A stretch of DNA of 64,000 nucleotides from Deltaproteobacteria bacterium (GTDB lineage: Bacteria > Myxococcota_A > Polyangia > Fen-1088). The position numbers and the translations under genes are program-made. The stretch is from the NCBI GenBank assembly GCA_033763315.1, contig JANRKS010000032.1, forward strand, positions 591,589 through 655,588, given 5' to 3'. Below, piece by piece: positions 20,091-30,904 of this stretch. Position 1 is the first letter of the stretch; each line of letters begins with the position of its first letter. The notes beneath the pieces are model-generated. The model did no database searches. It was given only the letters and a program-made list of their open reading frames with translations, and was not told the DNA's origin.

Positions 20091-22063
20091 GCGACGGCGG
20101 CTTGGTGCAAAGCCGCCGTCAGTTCGTGGCGGCGGTAAGGTTTCTTTAGGAAGCCCTTCGCGCCTTGAGCCATCACGTCGTCGATGACACTTTCGTGCAC
20201 GAATCCTGACACCATGATCACCCGCACGTCGTGGCGAAGTTGCTTAAGCCTTAAGAAGCACTCGCGCCCGTCCATGCGTGGCATGATCACATCCAAAAGC
20301 ACCAGCGCAATCTCGTCTCTATTTTGTCGAAAAACTTCTACGGCTTGTTCGCCATCCCCGGCCGTCAGCACGGTGTAGCCCGCGCTTTGCAACAGCATCG
20401 CGCAAGTGTCCCGGATGACGTCTTCATCATCAACCACCAAAACCGTGCCATGTCCTGGCGGGATCTGTGAGCGCTTCTCTGGCCGCGCGGCGCGCGCGGC
20501 GGATAGGGGCAACCATAATGTGAAGGTTGTGCCCGCCGCCGCTTCGCTTTGCAGTTCGATGGCGCCTCCATGGGTGGTGACGGCGCCATACACGGCCGCC
20601 AACCCCAGCCCCGTGCCTTGCCCGATTGGTTTGGTCGTAAAGAACGGCTCGAACACCCGTGCGCGAATGGCCTGGGGAATGCCAAGCCCCGTGTCTTGGA
20701 CGGCCACCTCCAGATAATCGCCCGGCGTTACAGCGAACGTGCTCAATCGACATTTTTCTTCGCTGAAGAACACGTTGCGGGTGGCGATTTTGATCTCGCC
20801 CTCTTCCGGAATGGCGTCGCGGGCGTTGATGCACAGATTGAGCAGTGCGTTTTGCAGTTCCGAAGGATCGCCGGACACTGTGGCGTGTGTCGCGCCAAGG
20901 TCGGTTGTCAAAACGATCCTTCGGTCTACGGATCGTTGCAGAATGGCAACCACATCCGCGATCGTTGCATGCAAATCCACGGGCGTGTTCTGCATGCGCC
21001 CGCGCCGCGAAAACGTCAGCAGTTTTGCCGTTAGCTCTGCCGCGCGGTGGGACGTGCGCGACATCAGATCCACCAAATCGATCGCACGTTGCCCGAGGTC
21101 TGGCTCCATACGCAACAACTCGGCGGCGCCAAGAATGCCGCTTAACATGTTGTTGAAGTCATGGGCGATGCCGCCCGCCAGCTGACCCACCGATTCCATC
21201 TTCTGCGAATGCAGCAGCTGTTCTTCAAGGTGCCGTTGCGTGGTGATGTCGCGCACCACCACTACAATGCCCATGAACGCGCCCTGCGGATCCACAATCG
21301 GTGAAGCCGTCTCCGCCAACTCACGCGTGATTCCATCTTTGAGCGTGAGCCGGACGCCCGCCGCTGACGAGGTCGTCAATGTCTTTTGCAACTGCGCAAA
21401 CAACAGGCGCGGCGTTGTCTGCGGTGAGAACGTGCGATAAATGCTGTCGAATGGCTTGCCGAAGCTTTCGGCCTGTGTGCATCCCAGCAGGGTTTCTGCC
21501 ACAGGGTTCATGGCCGTCACGCGACCCTGCGCGTCCGTGGCGATCACTCCCTCGGCGATCGCGTTCAAGGTCGTCGACAGGCGCGCCTCACGTTCGCGCA
21601 CGGCTTCTTCCGCCAGCTTCCGTTCAGTGATGTCTTCGTAGGTGCCGAGGATCCCAACGACCTTACGCTGCACATCGAACAGCGGGATCTTGCTTGTGTC
21701 GAGCCACGCGTTTTTGCCGTTGGCCTGCAGCTGAGGTTCGATGATGTGATACCGCGGTTGCCCCGAATCCATCACCTCGCGATCCACGGCGCGAAAAAAC
21801 TCGGCTTGCTCACGCGTCCACGCCAAGTCAAAGTCGGTCTTGCCTTCGATGTCTTTGGGCGTGCTGACGCCGGCGGCCGCAGCAAAGTTGCGGTTGCAGC
21901 CGAGGTAAACCGAATCCCGATCCTTCCAAAAAATGAACTGCGGGATGTTGTCGATCACCAACTGAAACAGCCGTACGCTGTCTTCCACCAGGCCAGGCCG
22001 CCGCTCACGAGACACAGTCTCTAGTAAGCGGCCTTCCCCGTGAGCCGTCAAGTTGAGGTGCAA
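20087..22063 (-). CDS. Hybrid histidine kinase (2 PAS, HisKA, HATPase, receiver)
   Basis: [17 protein letters not shown]; H-box AHDFNNML; NLCINARDA; FFTTK, GTGLGL; receiver VLLDVIMP...KP. Confidence 0.93.
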   Translation of the reverse strand: MHLNLTAHGEGRLLETVSRERRPGLVEDSVRLFQLVIDNIPQFIFWKDRDSVYLGCNRNFAAAAGVSTPKDIEGKTDFDLAWTREQAEFFRAVDREVMDSGQPRYHIIEPQLQANGKNAWLDTSKIPLFDVQRKVVGILGTYEDITERKLAEEAVREREARLSTTLNAIAEGVIATDAQGRVTAMNPVAETLLGCTQAESFGKPFDSIYRTFSPQTTPRLLFAQLQKTLTTSSAAGVRLTLKDGITRELAETASPIVDPQGAFMGIVVVVRDITTQRHLEEQLLHSQKMESVGQLAGGIAHDFNNMLSGILGAAELLRMEPDLGQRAIDLVDLMSRTSHRAAELTAKLLTFSRRGRMQNTPVDLHATIADVVAILQRSVDRRIVLTTDLGATHATVSGDPSELQNALLNLCINARDAIPEEGEIKIATRNVFFSEEKCRLSTFAVTPGDYLEVAVQDTGLGIPQAIRARVFEPFFTTKPIGQGTGLGLAAVYGAVTTHGGAIELQSEAAAGTTFTLWLPLSAARAARPEKRSQIPPGHGTVLVVDDEDVIRDTCAMLLQSAGYTVLTAGDGEQAVEVFRQNRDEIALVLLDVIMPRMDGRECFLRLKQLRHDVRVIMVSGFVHESVIDDVMAQGAKGFLKKPYRRHELTAALHQAAVA

Positions 22064-22086
22064 CGCACCTCACAAACCAGTCACAC

Positions 22087-22626
22087 CTACATTCCGCCCA
22101 AAGCGGCGTTGATCGCGCCTCGCAATTCGTCGGATTCAGGGGTCACCTTGGATGGGAAGGCGTTGATTACTTGGCCGTCCTTGCCCACGAGGTACTTGTG
22201 AAAGTTCCACTTGGGCTCGCCATGTTTTGCGGCCAGGAACTTGTAAACGTCCGACTGCCCTTCGCCCTTGGTCTTCACTTTCGCGAACAACGGGAAGGTG
22301 ACGCCAAATTTGACGCTGCAGAATTTCTTAATCTCCGCCGCCGTGCCCGGCTCTTGCCCGCCAAAGTCGTTCGATGGGAAGCCCAGCAGAACAAAGTCTT
22401 TGCCTTTGTAGTCTTTCCACAGCTTTTCGAGTCCTGCGTACTGCGGCGTGAAGCCACACTCGGACGCGGTGTTGACCACCAAAACAACCTTGCCTTTGTA
22501 AGCCGATAGAGGCTGCTCGGCTCCGTCGATCGTTTCGGCCTTAAGAGAGAAAAAGTTCATGGGCTTTTCCTTTACCGGTTTTGCGGTTGACACCGCGAGT
22601 GACGCCACCATTGCTAAAATCAACAT
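22087..22626 (-). CDS. Glutathione peroxidase-family protein with probable signal peptide
   Basis: VNTASECGFTPQY, FPSNDFGGQEPG, WNFHKYLV; hydrophobic N-terminus MLILAMVASLAVSTA. Start uncertain. Confidence 0.9.
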   Translation of the reverse strand: MLILAMVASLAVSTAKPVKEKPMNFFSLKAETIDGAEQPLSAYKGKVVLVVNTASECGFTPQYAGLEKLWKDYKGKDFVLLGFPSNDFGGQEPGTAAEIKKFCSVKFGVTFPLFAKVKTKGEGQSDVYKFLAAKHGEPKWNFHKYLVGKDGQVINAFPSKVTPESDELRGAINAALGGM

Positions 22627-22760
22627 GTTCGTAAGATGCCGCAGGGCGGGCGTCTTGTCGCCGTTTCCGGCCAAGGTTGAGAGCTTTGTCACTACCCTAC
22701 GCCTACAACGCCCGTGTGCAGAGTTTTGCCTCGGTGCGGGATGAGTGATTCAATGCCGCC

Positions 22761-25016
22761 ATGCAGGGGGGCCCGGCGACAACAGTGTTCAGCGAGCCGT
22801 TGTCGCGGCGAACATGGCTGGGGATCGGCCTAGCCTCGTTGGTGTTGTTTTGTGTCGTCTATCTGTCGCCCCCCAACATCTTTGGCACCATCGATTGGGT
22901 CCGCATCCATGTGTTCTACAAGGACTACGCCCGTGCGGCCTTGTGGCAGGGCCGCTTGCCGTTGTGGAACCCACATATCTTCTTGGGCCGCCCGTTCTTG
23001 GCCGATGTGGACGCGGCCACCTTGTTTTACCCGCTTGGTCTGCCGTATTTGCTTCTGCCCGCGGAAGTGGCGTGTGTGCTTGTGGGCGCCATCCACGTAT
23101 TGCTGGCCGTCTACGGCTCGCTGCGCTTGGCGGAGCGGTTAGGTGCCCGCCGCGCGCTGGGCATCGGCGTTGGGTTCGTCTTTGCCTTTTCCGCACCGAT
23201 CGTCGGATCCTTTCACAGCGGCCTCGTTCACTATGGTCCGGCCCTGTGTTACGTGCCGTTGGTGTTTGCCCTGGTGATGCGGTTGCAAGATCGTGTTGCC
23301 ACGGATCGGTTGAACCGCTTGCTTGCGATTTTGTCGCTGGTGCTGGGTTTGCAATTGTTGGCGGGGCACCCGCAAGCGGCTTGGTTGACCTGGCTAGGCG
23401 CGGCGAGCTTTCTGTTTGCACGCCGGTGGCAACGACCGTGGCCTCTGCGCCCCTTGTGCGTTGACGTGGGCTGCTTCGCGGTGGCCGTGTGTTTGGCATT
23501 GGGTTTGGCCAGCGTCACGTTGCTGCCGCTCGCTGAACTAAGTGCACAAAGCAACCGCGGCGAAGCGTCGCTCGATTTCTCCGCCGCTTTCGCCATGCCG
23601 CCTTATGCGTGGGCGTCTGCGTTGGTGCCGAGCGATCCCGCATTTTCATTCTTGGCGAACGCACAGCTTTACATCGGTCTTGCGCCCGCGATGGCCGCCG
23701 CGCTTGGCGCTTGCCTATGGAAGAATCGCAACGCGCGTGCATTGTTATTCGTTGCGGTCGTGGCGGCGCTGTTGGCCGCCGGGAACGCCACACCCTTGTT
23801 TCGCCTGTTCTACTGGACCATTCCGGGCGTCAGCTCACTGCGCTTGCATTCGCGCGCGAGCGTGTTGGTGGCGTTCGCGCTTTTGTTCTTGGCGGTTGTG
23901 GCCGTGGGACAATGGCAGGGGGGCCGCAACTCATCGACGGTTCGTCGCCCGCCCTCTTTGCTCATCGCGATGGCGCTGGTCCTCGTTGTGCAAACCGCAT
24001 TTGTGTTGTGGTGGCCTGGTTTTGAGGGTCACCGCACCTGCCGTGTTGTGGTGCGCGTTGCATTGACGTTGGCGGCGGGCGGCACGCTGCTGTGGGCGTG
24101 GCCTTCCTTATCTCACCAAGGTATCAAGCGTCGATCACAATGGGCTTTGGTTGGGGTGATGGTGCTTGATTTGTCGTGGGCGGCGTGGGGACTCAAGCCG
24201 CAAAACCGCGATGACGGCGATCGACCCAGCGAAGCCGCCCTCGCGCAAGCGGTGGCCACGGCGGCAAACGACGTGGCACCGGCGCGCGTCTCAATGCCAC
24301 GGCCATACGCACGCGAGAACGCTGGCATGAAGTACGGTTGGAGCAGCTTTACAGGTTACGCGGCCCTGTGTCTCGATCGTGTCTGGCACCACGCGCACGC
24401 GGTGTTGGGCCTACCCGTGCCGCGGCAGCAGAATACGTACGTGGCAAAGCAGATCTTCTGGCAGGGGCCTTTTCCTTTCGACTCGATGAATCTGGCGCTG
24501 GGATTGGATCCGCAAACGCGCCAGCTTGTGGCAAAACGGGTGCCCGATCCGCGCGCTTATCTCGTCGGCGCCGCCGTGGTTGTCGCAGATCACCGCGAGG
24601 CCACGCGACGCATGCAGGCAGGTCACAACATCCACGACGTGGCCCTTGTTGAATCCCCGGTGCGCTTGCCATCGCAGCGCCCAGGTGGCGTGGGTTCTGC
24701 GCGCCTGGCCGCGTTTGCGGCGGAGCGCATCGCTGTGGATGTGAACGCGAAAGCACCCGCGCTGATGGTTCTTGCCGAGGCGTGGTATCCGGGCTGGCAA
24801 GCGAAGGTCAATGGCATGGATGCCCCCGTGATTCCCGTCAACGCTTGGATGCGGGGCGTGGTGGTGCCGCAGGGGTCATCTTCAGTGGTTTTCACTTACA
24901 GCTGCCGTCCCCTCGTGTGGGGCGCCTGCGCCACCCTCATAACCGCCGCCTGGGTCGCCGTTTTGTTTTTGCGTCGCCCTCGCTGTGGAGCCAAGTACCG
25001 TGTGGCAGAGGCATAA
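22761..25016 (+). CDS. YfhO-like polytopic membrane protein (putative GT-C glycosyltransferase)
   Basis: GRLPLWNPHIFLGRPFLAD, LLAGHPQ, C-terminal LAEAWYPGWQAKVNG. Confidence 0.8.
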   Translation: MQGGPATTVFSEPLSRRTWLGIGLASLVLFCVVYLSPPNIFGTIDWVRIHVFYKDYARAALWQGRLPLWNPHIFLGRPFLADVDAATLFYPLGLPYLLLPAEVACVLVGAIHVLLAVYGSLRLAERLGARRALGIGVGFVFAFSAPIVGSFHSGLVHYGPALCYVPLVFALVMRLQDRVATDRLNRLLAILSLVLGLQLLAGHPQAAWLTWLGAASFLFARRWQRPWPLRPLCVDVGCFAVAVCLALGLASVTLLPLAELSAQSNRGEASLDFSAAFAMPPYAWASALVPSDPAFSFLANAQLYIGLAPAMAAALGACLWKNRNARALLFVAVVAALLAAGNATPLFRLFYWTIPGVSSLRLHSRASVLVAFALLFLAVVAVGQWQGGRNSSTVRRPPSLLIAMALVLVVQTAFVLWWPGFEGHRTCRVVVRVALTLAAGGTLLWAWPSLSHQGIKRRSQWALVGVMVLDLSWAAWGLKPQNRDDGDRPSEAALAQAVATAANDVAPARVSMPRPYARENAGMKYGWSSFTGYAALCLDRVWHHAHAVLGLPVPRQQNTYVAKQIFWQGPFPFDSMNLALGLDPQTRQLVAKRVPDPRAYLVGAAVVVADHREATRRMQAGHNIHDVALVESPVRLPSQRPGGVGSARLAAFAAERIAVDVNAKAPALMVLAEAWYPGWQAKVNGMDAPVIPVNAWMRGVVVPQGSSSVVFTYSCRPLVWGACATLITAAWVAVLFLRRPRCGAKYRVAEA

Positions 25017-25159
25017 TGCCCCACGGGGCATAAACGGACGAACTTCGGTCGTTTTTGGATGGGCGCACTCGAGCGCATGCCCACTGGCCGCGAAACTGCC
25101 TCTCCTCACTCGCGAAACGTCCCCGACACAAAGGCTGAAACCGTCTGTTTACGATAGTT

Positions 25160-25176
25160 TTGGCACCGGTTTCGCT
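25160..25176 (+). promoter_or_regulatory. Putative sigma54 promoter of amtB
   Basis: TTGGCACCGGTTTCGCT has TGGCAC and GG-N10-GC spacing; RBS GGAGG precedes ATG 25201. Confidence 0.65.
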
Positions 25177-25200
25177 ACCTTCGCCCGCGGAGGAAAATGA

Positions 25201-26655
25201 ATGGCGGACCCAACCTTAGGCGATCTTGCGAAGCAGATTACGGACACCCAGACGGCTTTGAACATCGTATGGACGATGGTCGCGGCGTTTCTCGTCATGT
25301 TCATGCAGGCAGGCTTCGCGCTCGTAGAAACCGGCCTCACCCGGGCCAAAAACGTGGCCCACACGATGGCCATGAACTTCCTCATCTATTCGATCGGCAT
25401 CCTTGGCTTCTGGGCGATCGGCTTCGGGCTGCAAATGGGCGGCGTTGGTGCGCTGGCAACGCTGGGTGGCGACGCAACTCTGTCGAATGAATTCGCGGTG
25501 TCGTTGGGCGGCAAGGACTTCGGTCTGTTCGGCATGACCGGCTTCTTCTTGTCGCCCGCGGTGTTCACGCCGGCGGTCGCCGCGATGTTCATTTTCCAGA
25601 TGATGTTTATGGACACGACGTGCACGGTGCCTACGGGCGCGATGGCTGAACGCTGGCGCTTCTCAGGGTTCGTGATGTTCAGCTTCGCCATTGCCACTGT
25701 CATTTATCCCATCTACGCCAACTGGGTGTGGGGCGGCGGTTGGCTGTCATTGCTTGGTAAGAATTTTGGTTTGGGGCACGGCCACGTCGATTTTGCTGGC
25801 AGCTCCGTGGTTCACATGACGGGCGGCGTGATGGCGCTTGTGTTGGCCAAGCTCTTGGGCCCTCGCATCGGCAAGTACGGCAAGGACGGGCGCCCGCGCG
25901 CCATTCCAGGCCACAACGTTCCCATGGTTATTACAGGCACGTTTATCCTCGCCTTCGGCTGGTTCGGCTTCAACGCAGGCTCAACCCTCGCTGGCATGGA
26001 CACGCGCCTCACGGTGGTGGCCGTCAACACGATGCTGGCCTCGGCTGGCGGCGCCTTCACCTCTTACCTCTACATGAAGGTCCGCTTCGGCAAGCCGGAT
26101 CCCACAATGATGTGCAACGGTATGCTCGCTGGTCTTGTGGCGATCACGGCTCCTTGTGCGTTCGTCACCGCGCCCGTCGCGGTTTTGATCGGTAGCTTGT
26201 CGGGCGTGCTGGTGATCGTCGCGGCGATGTTCATCGAGAACACATTGAAGATTGACGATCCCGTCGGCGCTGGCGCTGTTCACGGCGTCAACGGCGCCTG
26301 GGGCATCGTGGCCTTGGGCTTGTTCGCCGATGGTCGGTATGGCGATGGGCTCAACGGCGTGGCTGGCGGCGTGCGAGGGTTGTTCTATGGCGATGCTGGA
26401 CAATTTATGGCCGAGCTGATCGGCATCTGCGCGAACGTTATGTGGGTGGGCGTCACGGCGGTGGTGGCCTATAAGGTGGTCAATGTCTTTTCGCCCCACC
26501 GGTCTTTGGCCGAGGACGAATTGTCAGGCCTCGACATTCCTGAAATGGGCATCGAAGGGTATCCGGTGGAACAGTCCCTGGCTGGCGCTCCCGCCAGCGC
26601 CACGGTAACCGCCCCCAAGACAGCGGCGGCTCCGGTTTTGGCCGACGCTCGTTAG
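25201..26655 (+). CDS. amtB: Ammonium transporter
   Basis: FMQAGFALVE, GAMAER, DFAGSSVVHMTGG, GWFGFNAGS, IDDPVGAGAVHG. Confidence 0.96.
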   Translation: MADPTLGDLAKQITDTQTALNIVWTMVAAFLVMFMQAGFALVETGLTRAKNVAHTMAMNFLIYSIGILGFWAIGFGLQMGGVGALATLGGDATLSNEFAVSLGGKDFGLFGMTGFFLSPAVFTPAVAAMFIFQMMFMDTTCTVPTGAMAERWRFSGFVMFSFAIATVIYPIYANWVWGGGWLSLLGKNFGLGHGHVDFAGSSVVHMTGGVMALVLAKLLGPRIGKYGKDGRPRAIPGHNVPMVITGTFILAFGWFGFNAGSTLAGMDTRLTVVAVNTMLASAGGAFTSYLYMKVRFGKPDPTMMCNGMLAGLVAITAPCAFVTAPVAVLIGSLSGVLVIVAAMFIENTLKIDDPVGAGAVHGVNGAWGIVALGLFADGRYGDGLNGVAGGVRGLFYGDAGQFMAELIGICANVMWVGVTAVVAYKVVNVFSPHRSLAEDELSGLDIPEMGIEGYPVEQSLAGAPASATVTAPKTAAAPVLADAR

Positions 26656-26677
26656 GGTCAAGTGGGGCTTGGCCCGG

Positions 26678-26715
26678 AAGCGCCTCGGGGCTCACGCCTC
26701 TGAGGCGCTTTTTTA
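26678..26715 (+). terminator. Intrinsic terminator after amtB
   Basis: AAGCGCCTC...GAGGCGCTT followed by a T-tract. Confidence 0.8.
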
Positions 26716-26758
26716 TGCGCCGAAACCGTCGTCACGTGAGATATCGTTTTGTAACAAA

Positions 26759-28129
26759 ATGAACCACGGAGCGCTTGGTTTGCCAGTCGGTGGCGCGTCT
26801 TCCCCTTTGGATCGCGCCCGTGCGAAGGCCTACCTCCGCTTGCTGCCGTTGCTGTTTGTTAGCTTTGTGGTGGCCTACATTGATCGGGCCAACCTCGCGA
26901 TTGCGAAGCTGTCGATGGTCAAAGACCTGCCCACCTTCGACAACGCGGTGTTTGGCTTGGGGGGCGGCTTGTTCTTCCTGGGTTACGTGTTGCTGGAGGT
27001 GCCGGGCACTTTGATTGTCGAGCGCTGGAGCGCGCGCCGTTGGCTGGGACGAATCATGGTGTCTTGGGGCGTGGTGGCCGCGCTGCAGGCGTTCGTAAAG
27101 GAGCCATGGCAGTTCTATACCGTTCGCTTCTTGCTTGGGCTGTCGGAAGCGGGATTCATGCCCGGCGTGATTGTGTATTTGTCGCACTGGTTCCCGCCGC
27201 GGGATCGTGCACGTGCCACGGCCTTGTTCTTGATGGGTACGCCAGTGGCGCAGTTGATCAACCCCAAGGTTTCAGGGTGGTTGTTGACGTTGAGCGATCA
27301 CGGCGCGGGGCCGCTGGGTTTGCTTGGGTGGCAATGGGTTTACGTGGGGTGGGCGATCCCAGCCGTGATTTTGGGCGTGTTGGTTTATCGAACGCTGCCA
27401 GATTGGCCGCACCAAGCGCCGTGGTTGCCGTCTGATGAACTTCACGCGCTGACCGCGGCCTTGGACGCAGGCCGTGCCGCTCAGCTTGAGCGTGCGGGCC
27501 ACATGACGGTCGGCGCCGCGTTCCGGAACCTGCGGGTGCTCGGCACGTCGCTCGCCTACTTCTTTGCCATCACCGCGTTCTATGGCATCGATCTGTTCGT
27601 GCCCAGCATTTTGGCCCGCTGGTACCATCTGCCGTTGTCGTCCTTGACGTGGTTGTTGGTGATCCCGGCGGCCACGTCGTTGCTGGCGCAGGTGCTGGCT
27701 GGGTGGAGTTCGGATCGTTTTGCCGAACGTAAGTGGCATGCGGTGGTGCCACTTGCGTGCGCGGGCGTCGCTTTGGCGTTCGTGCCATTGTCGCATGGCA
27801 ATTTGGTCGCCACGCTCGTGTTGTTTTCGGTTGCGACCGCAGGCATGAAAGCTTATCTGCCCGCCTTTTGGTGTTTGCCCAGTTTGTTCGTTTCGGGCTT
27901 GGCGGCGGCGGCCAGCGCGGGGTTCATCAACTCATTTGGCAACCTCGGCGGTTTTGTGGGCTCTTATGTTTTGGGTGGATGGGAAGCGCGCACGGGACGT
28001 TTTGAGGGCGGCGTGTACTTCATTGCTGTGTGCGCGGCGCTGGCGGCTGCCGGCGTGCTTTGGGTGGCGGCCTATCCTCGGCCGCAGGCCCAACGGGCAA
28101 GCGATCTGCGGCACCGTCAGGTCAGTTAA
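26759..28129 (+). CDS. MFS transporter (anion:cation symporter / TtuB-like)
   Basis: AYIDRANL, FFLGYVLLEVP, RFLLGLSEAG, INSFGNLGGFVG. Confidence 0.9.
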   Translation: MNHGALGLPVGGASSPLDRARAKAYLRLLPLLFVSFVVAYIDRANLAIAKLSMVKDLPTFDNAVFGLGGGLFFLGYVLLEVPGTLIVERWSARRWLGRIMVSWGVVAALQAFVKEPWQFYTVRFLLGLSEAGFMPGVIVYLSHWFPPRDRARATALFLMGTPVAQLINPKVSGWLLTLSDHGAGPLGLLGWQWVYVGWAIPAVILGVLVYRTLPDWPHQAPWLPSDELHALTAALDAGRAAQLERAGHMTVGAAFRNLRVLGTSLAYFFAITAFYGIDLFVPSILARWYHLPLSSLTWLLVIPAATSLLAQVLAGWSSDRFAERKWHAVVPLACAGVALAFVPLSHGNLVATLVLFSVATAGMKAYLPAFWCLPSLFVSGLAAAASAGFINSFGNLGGFVGSYVLGGWEARTGRFEGGVYFIAVCAALAAAGVLWVAAYPRPQAQRASDLRHRQVS

Positions 28130-28192
28130 ATGCACGGTCTTGGGCCGCTTCGAGTTGATCTGTCCGAAGCTGCGTGGTCAAACCTCACGCAT

Positions 28193-29668
28193 ATGTGTCG
28201 AGCGTGTCTTGTCGTGCTGGCGTGGGCGATGATGGCCGTGGGGGCGGCCCACGCGGCAGAGCCTGATCCCAATAAAGCTGCGGCTGACTTCGGCATGTTT
28301 CGGCAACCCTTGCCGGATCCGGACGGGCGCGTGCAAGGCAAGTGGGATTTCCCTCCCCTTCGGCCCTTGGCCGACAAGCGCGCCGGCGAAAACGTGCGCC
28401 GCACAATGACGCTGTTGACCGGCAGCACGCCGCAAAAACGCAACAAGCTGCGCGTGCTCATCTATGGCCAGTCGCTGTCAAAGCAAAGCTGGGCGGGGCG
28501 CGTGCGCGATGAACTCATGCGGCGCTATCCAAGTGTGGACCTTGAATTTTATAACCGATCGATCGGAGGGTTCATCTCATCCATGCTCGTGCGCACACTT
28601 GAGCAAGATGTGATCCCGCTTTATCCCGATCTGGTCGTCTTGCACGACTACGGCAGCGAGGACCTGTACGAAGACATCATTCGGCAGATCCGAACGCGCA
28701 CCACCGCGGAAGTGATGGTGCAAACCGATCCGATCACGCCTGGCCAGAAGTTGTCGTGGCACGATGCGCACGCCAAATGGATGCGTGGCTTGGCAGAGCG
28801 TTGGCACCTTGAACTTGTTGATATTCGGCAGGCTTGGGTCGACTACATCCAGCAACAAAAGATTTCGGTTGAGAAACTGTTGCTGGAAGACAAAGGTCAC
28901 CTGAACGATTGGGGCAACTTCACTTGGGCCGAAGCAACCTTACAGCACTTTGTTCCGGCAAGTGGCGTTGGTGATCAAAGCCAAGGGAACACGGTCAACC
29001 CGGTTTCGGATGTTGTGGTGGGCGCCAATGTTAAGTGGATCGACAACGTGCTGCGTGTGCCATTCATCGGCAACCGCATCGATCTGATATCTCCCTTCGA
29101 CGCCAAAGGGGCGGCGGCCCAGGTTTTGATCGATGGCAAAGCGCCTTCGCAATTCCCTCAGCTTTACACGTTCACGCGTCCGAACGCCGATGCGAACCGC
29201 GATTGGCCATGGGCCACGGGCGCCGTGATCCGCGTGGATTCGCGCGCGCCACTTGTCCTAGAAGACTGGACCGTAACGTTTAACTCAGTCGATAAAACGG
29301 GGAAGATCTTCGGCTTTGATGTGCAAGGATCGGTCACGGGTTACGACGGCAGCGGTGACACGGTGTCGCCCTTCGTGTCAAGGTCGGGCCGCGTGGCATT
29401 GTCGCCCGGTGATTGGTTTTTGGAGCGTGTGCACGGGCGCAACGCGAACCGCATTGGCCCAGGCTACAACGTGACCTTCTCGGTGGTGTTACAGGGAAAG
29501 GATACGTTCATCGAAGCCGGCTGCGTGGATGCCGAGCGGCTTTGCTCAACCACCATCGCTGCTGGTTTGCCCAGCGGCCCCCACACGCTCGAATTGGTTC
29601 AAACAACAGCCGCGCGGCCCGCTCTTAACATGGTGCGCGTTTACAAACCGATGCAAGACGTGCGCTGA
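28193..29668 (+). CDS. Secreted SGNH/GDSL-like hydrolase
   Basis: Signal peptide (AHA-A); YGQSLS (block I), NRSIGG (block II), DKGHLN (DxxH). Confidence 0.65.
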   Translation: MCRACLVVLAWAMMAVGAAHAAEPDPNKAAADFGMFRQPLPDPDGRVQGKWDFPPLRPLADKRAGENVRRTMTLLTGSTPQKRNKLRVLIYGQSLSKQSWAGRVRDELMRRYPSVDLEFYNRSIGGFISSMLVRTLEQDVIPLYPDLVVLHDYGSEDLYEDIIRQIRTRTTAEVMVQTDPITPGQKLSWHDAHAKWMRGLAERWHLELVDIRQAWVDYIQQQKISVEKLLLEDKGHLNDWGNFTWAEATLQHFVPASGVGDQSQGNTVNPVSDVVVGANVKWIDNVLRVPFIGNRIDLISPFDAKGAAAQVLIDGKAPSQFPQLYTFTRPNADANRDWPWATGAVIRVDSRAPLVLEDWTVTFNSVDKTGKIFGFDVQGSVTGYDGSGDTVSPFVSRSGRVALSPGDWFLERVHGRNANRIGPGYNVTFSVVLQGKDTFIEAGCVDAERLCSTTIAAGLPSGPHTLELVQTTAARPALNMVRVYKPMQDVR

Positions 29669-29675
29669 GCCGGCG

Positions 29676-30047
29676 TTAGCGCAGCTCGAAGTCGACGTGA
29701 ATGTGGTTGCCGTCGGGATCGATCACATTCACTTGCACAAGCTTGAAGTCTTCCAATGTGCCGATGCGGTAGGCCACCCCGCAGGTTTCAAGATGCGCCA
29801 AGAACGCGGTTTGGTTTTGGGCGGCGAAGGCAAAGTGTTGCAGCCGCAAAGAATCACCGGGCGTGGGCGCCACATCGACGCCCACCAGATGCACCACGGG
29901 CTGCGTGCCTACGTACATCCAGGCGCCCGGAAACGAGAAGGCCGGCCGTGGTCCCTGCGACATCCCCAAGACGTCGCGGTAGAACGCAATCATCTCCGCA
30001 AGCCGGTGGGTGCGCACATTGACGTGATTCAAACCCGTGAGAAACAC
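29676..30047 (-). CDS. VOC/glyoxalase family protein
   Basis: LNHVNVR, FYRDVLG, HFAF, DPDGNHIHV. Confidence 0.85.
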   Translation of the reverse strand: MFLTGLNHVNVRTHRLAEMIAFYRDVLGMSQGPRPAFSFPGAWMYVGTQPVVHLVGVDVAPTPGDSLRLQHFAFAAQNQTAFLAHLETCGVAYRIGTLEDFKLVQVNVIDPDGNHIHVDFELR

Positions 30048-30145
30048 GCCGCCATCTTGCCAAAGGATCGCCCAAAAGAAAACGCGACCTACCATCGTAG
30101 ATCGCGTTTGCTTGTGTTTGACGGCGCACACGAGTGCGCGCGGCT

Positions 30146-30904
30146 TTACATCTTGCAGCCGGTGAAGGTGTGCGTGCCTTGAGCGCCTTGTGTTTGGCTC
30201 TGGCTGCCGGCCTTCACCACCGCCCACCACTTCGCCGTGATTGTGCCGCCCGTGACGCACGAATTTGTCAACACGACGCTCTCAAACTTGATCAAGCTGC
30301 CGTAGTCGAACGAGAAGGATTGACCTTGCGCTGAGCCGCTGCCCTTCCAGGTGCCGCCCGCGGCGCCTTGGATGCTGGTGGCCGAAACGGTGATGTCGCC
30401 CTTCCAATTGTAAGTGAAATCGATGTCGGTCACGCCGCTGGTGCCCGCGCTTGTGGCGGAACCGTCGAGGGTTCCTTCCAGGCTCCACACAACTTTCTTG
30501 CCGCCGCCAGCCACGTCGGTCGCGGTGACCGAGCCCGTCATGGTGAAGCCACCCGCGCCATACTTATCGAACACGCAGCCTGTGGCCGTGCAGCTCTTGG
30601 TGCCCGTGGTGCCTGCCTCTGCGTTCACCGCCGTCAACGCTTGGGTCAGCGCTTGGCCTCCGCCTTTGACCGCCGTCATGCCGGCAGAGCTCAATTGCAA
30701 AGCGCTGCCCGCAACCGTCTCGCCGCTGCCTGACGCCAACGCTTTGTTCAACATATCCGCCTGGCCTGCACTGGAATTCATGGCCTGTACGTCCGCGGTG
30801 CCTGTGGCCACCGAGGGGCCTTCGCTGATCCCGCCACCATCGTCGCCGCCACAGCCCATGCCCAAAACCGCCACCAACGAAGCCAAACAGGTCATCTTTT
30901 TCAT
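30146..30904 (-). CDS. Gly/Ser/Thr-rich lipoprotein
   Basis: RBS AAGGAG; lipobox LGMGC; beta-rich body with four Cys. Confidence 0.75.
   Translation of the reverse strand: MKKMTCLASLVAVLGMGCGGDDGGGISEGPSVATGTADVQAMNSSAGQADMLNKALASGSGETVAGSALQLSSAGMTAVKGGGQALTQALTAVNAEAGTTGTKSCTATGCVFDKYGAGGFTMTGSVTATDVAGGGKKVVWSLEGTLDGSATSAGTSGVTDIDFTYNWKGDITVSATSIQGAAGGTWKGSGSAQGQSFSFDYGSLIKFESVVLTNSCVTGGTITAKWWAVVKAGSQSQTQGAQGTHTFTGCKM

Noticed and set aside
16852-22626. Selenocysteine in the glutathione peroxidases
   Set aside because: Both active-site codons are TGT (Cys); no in-frame TGA.
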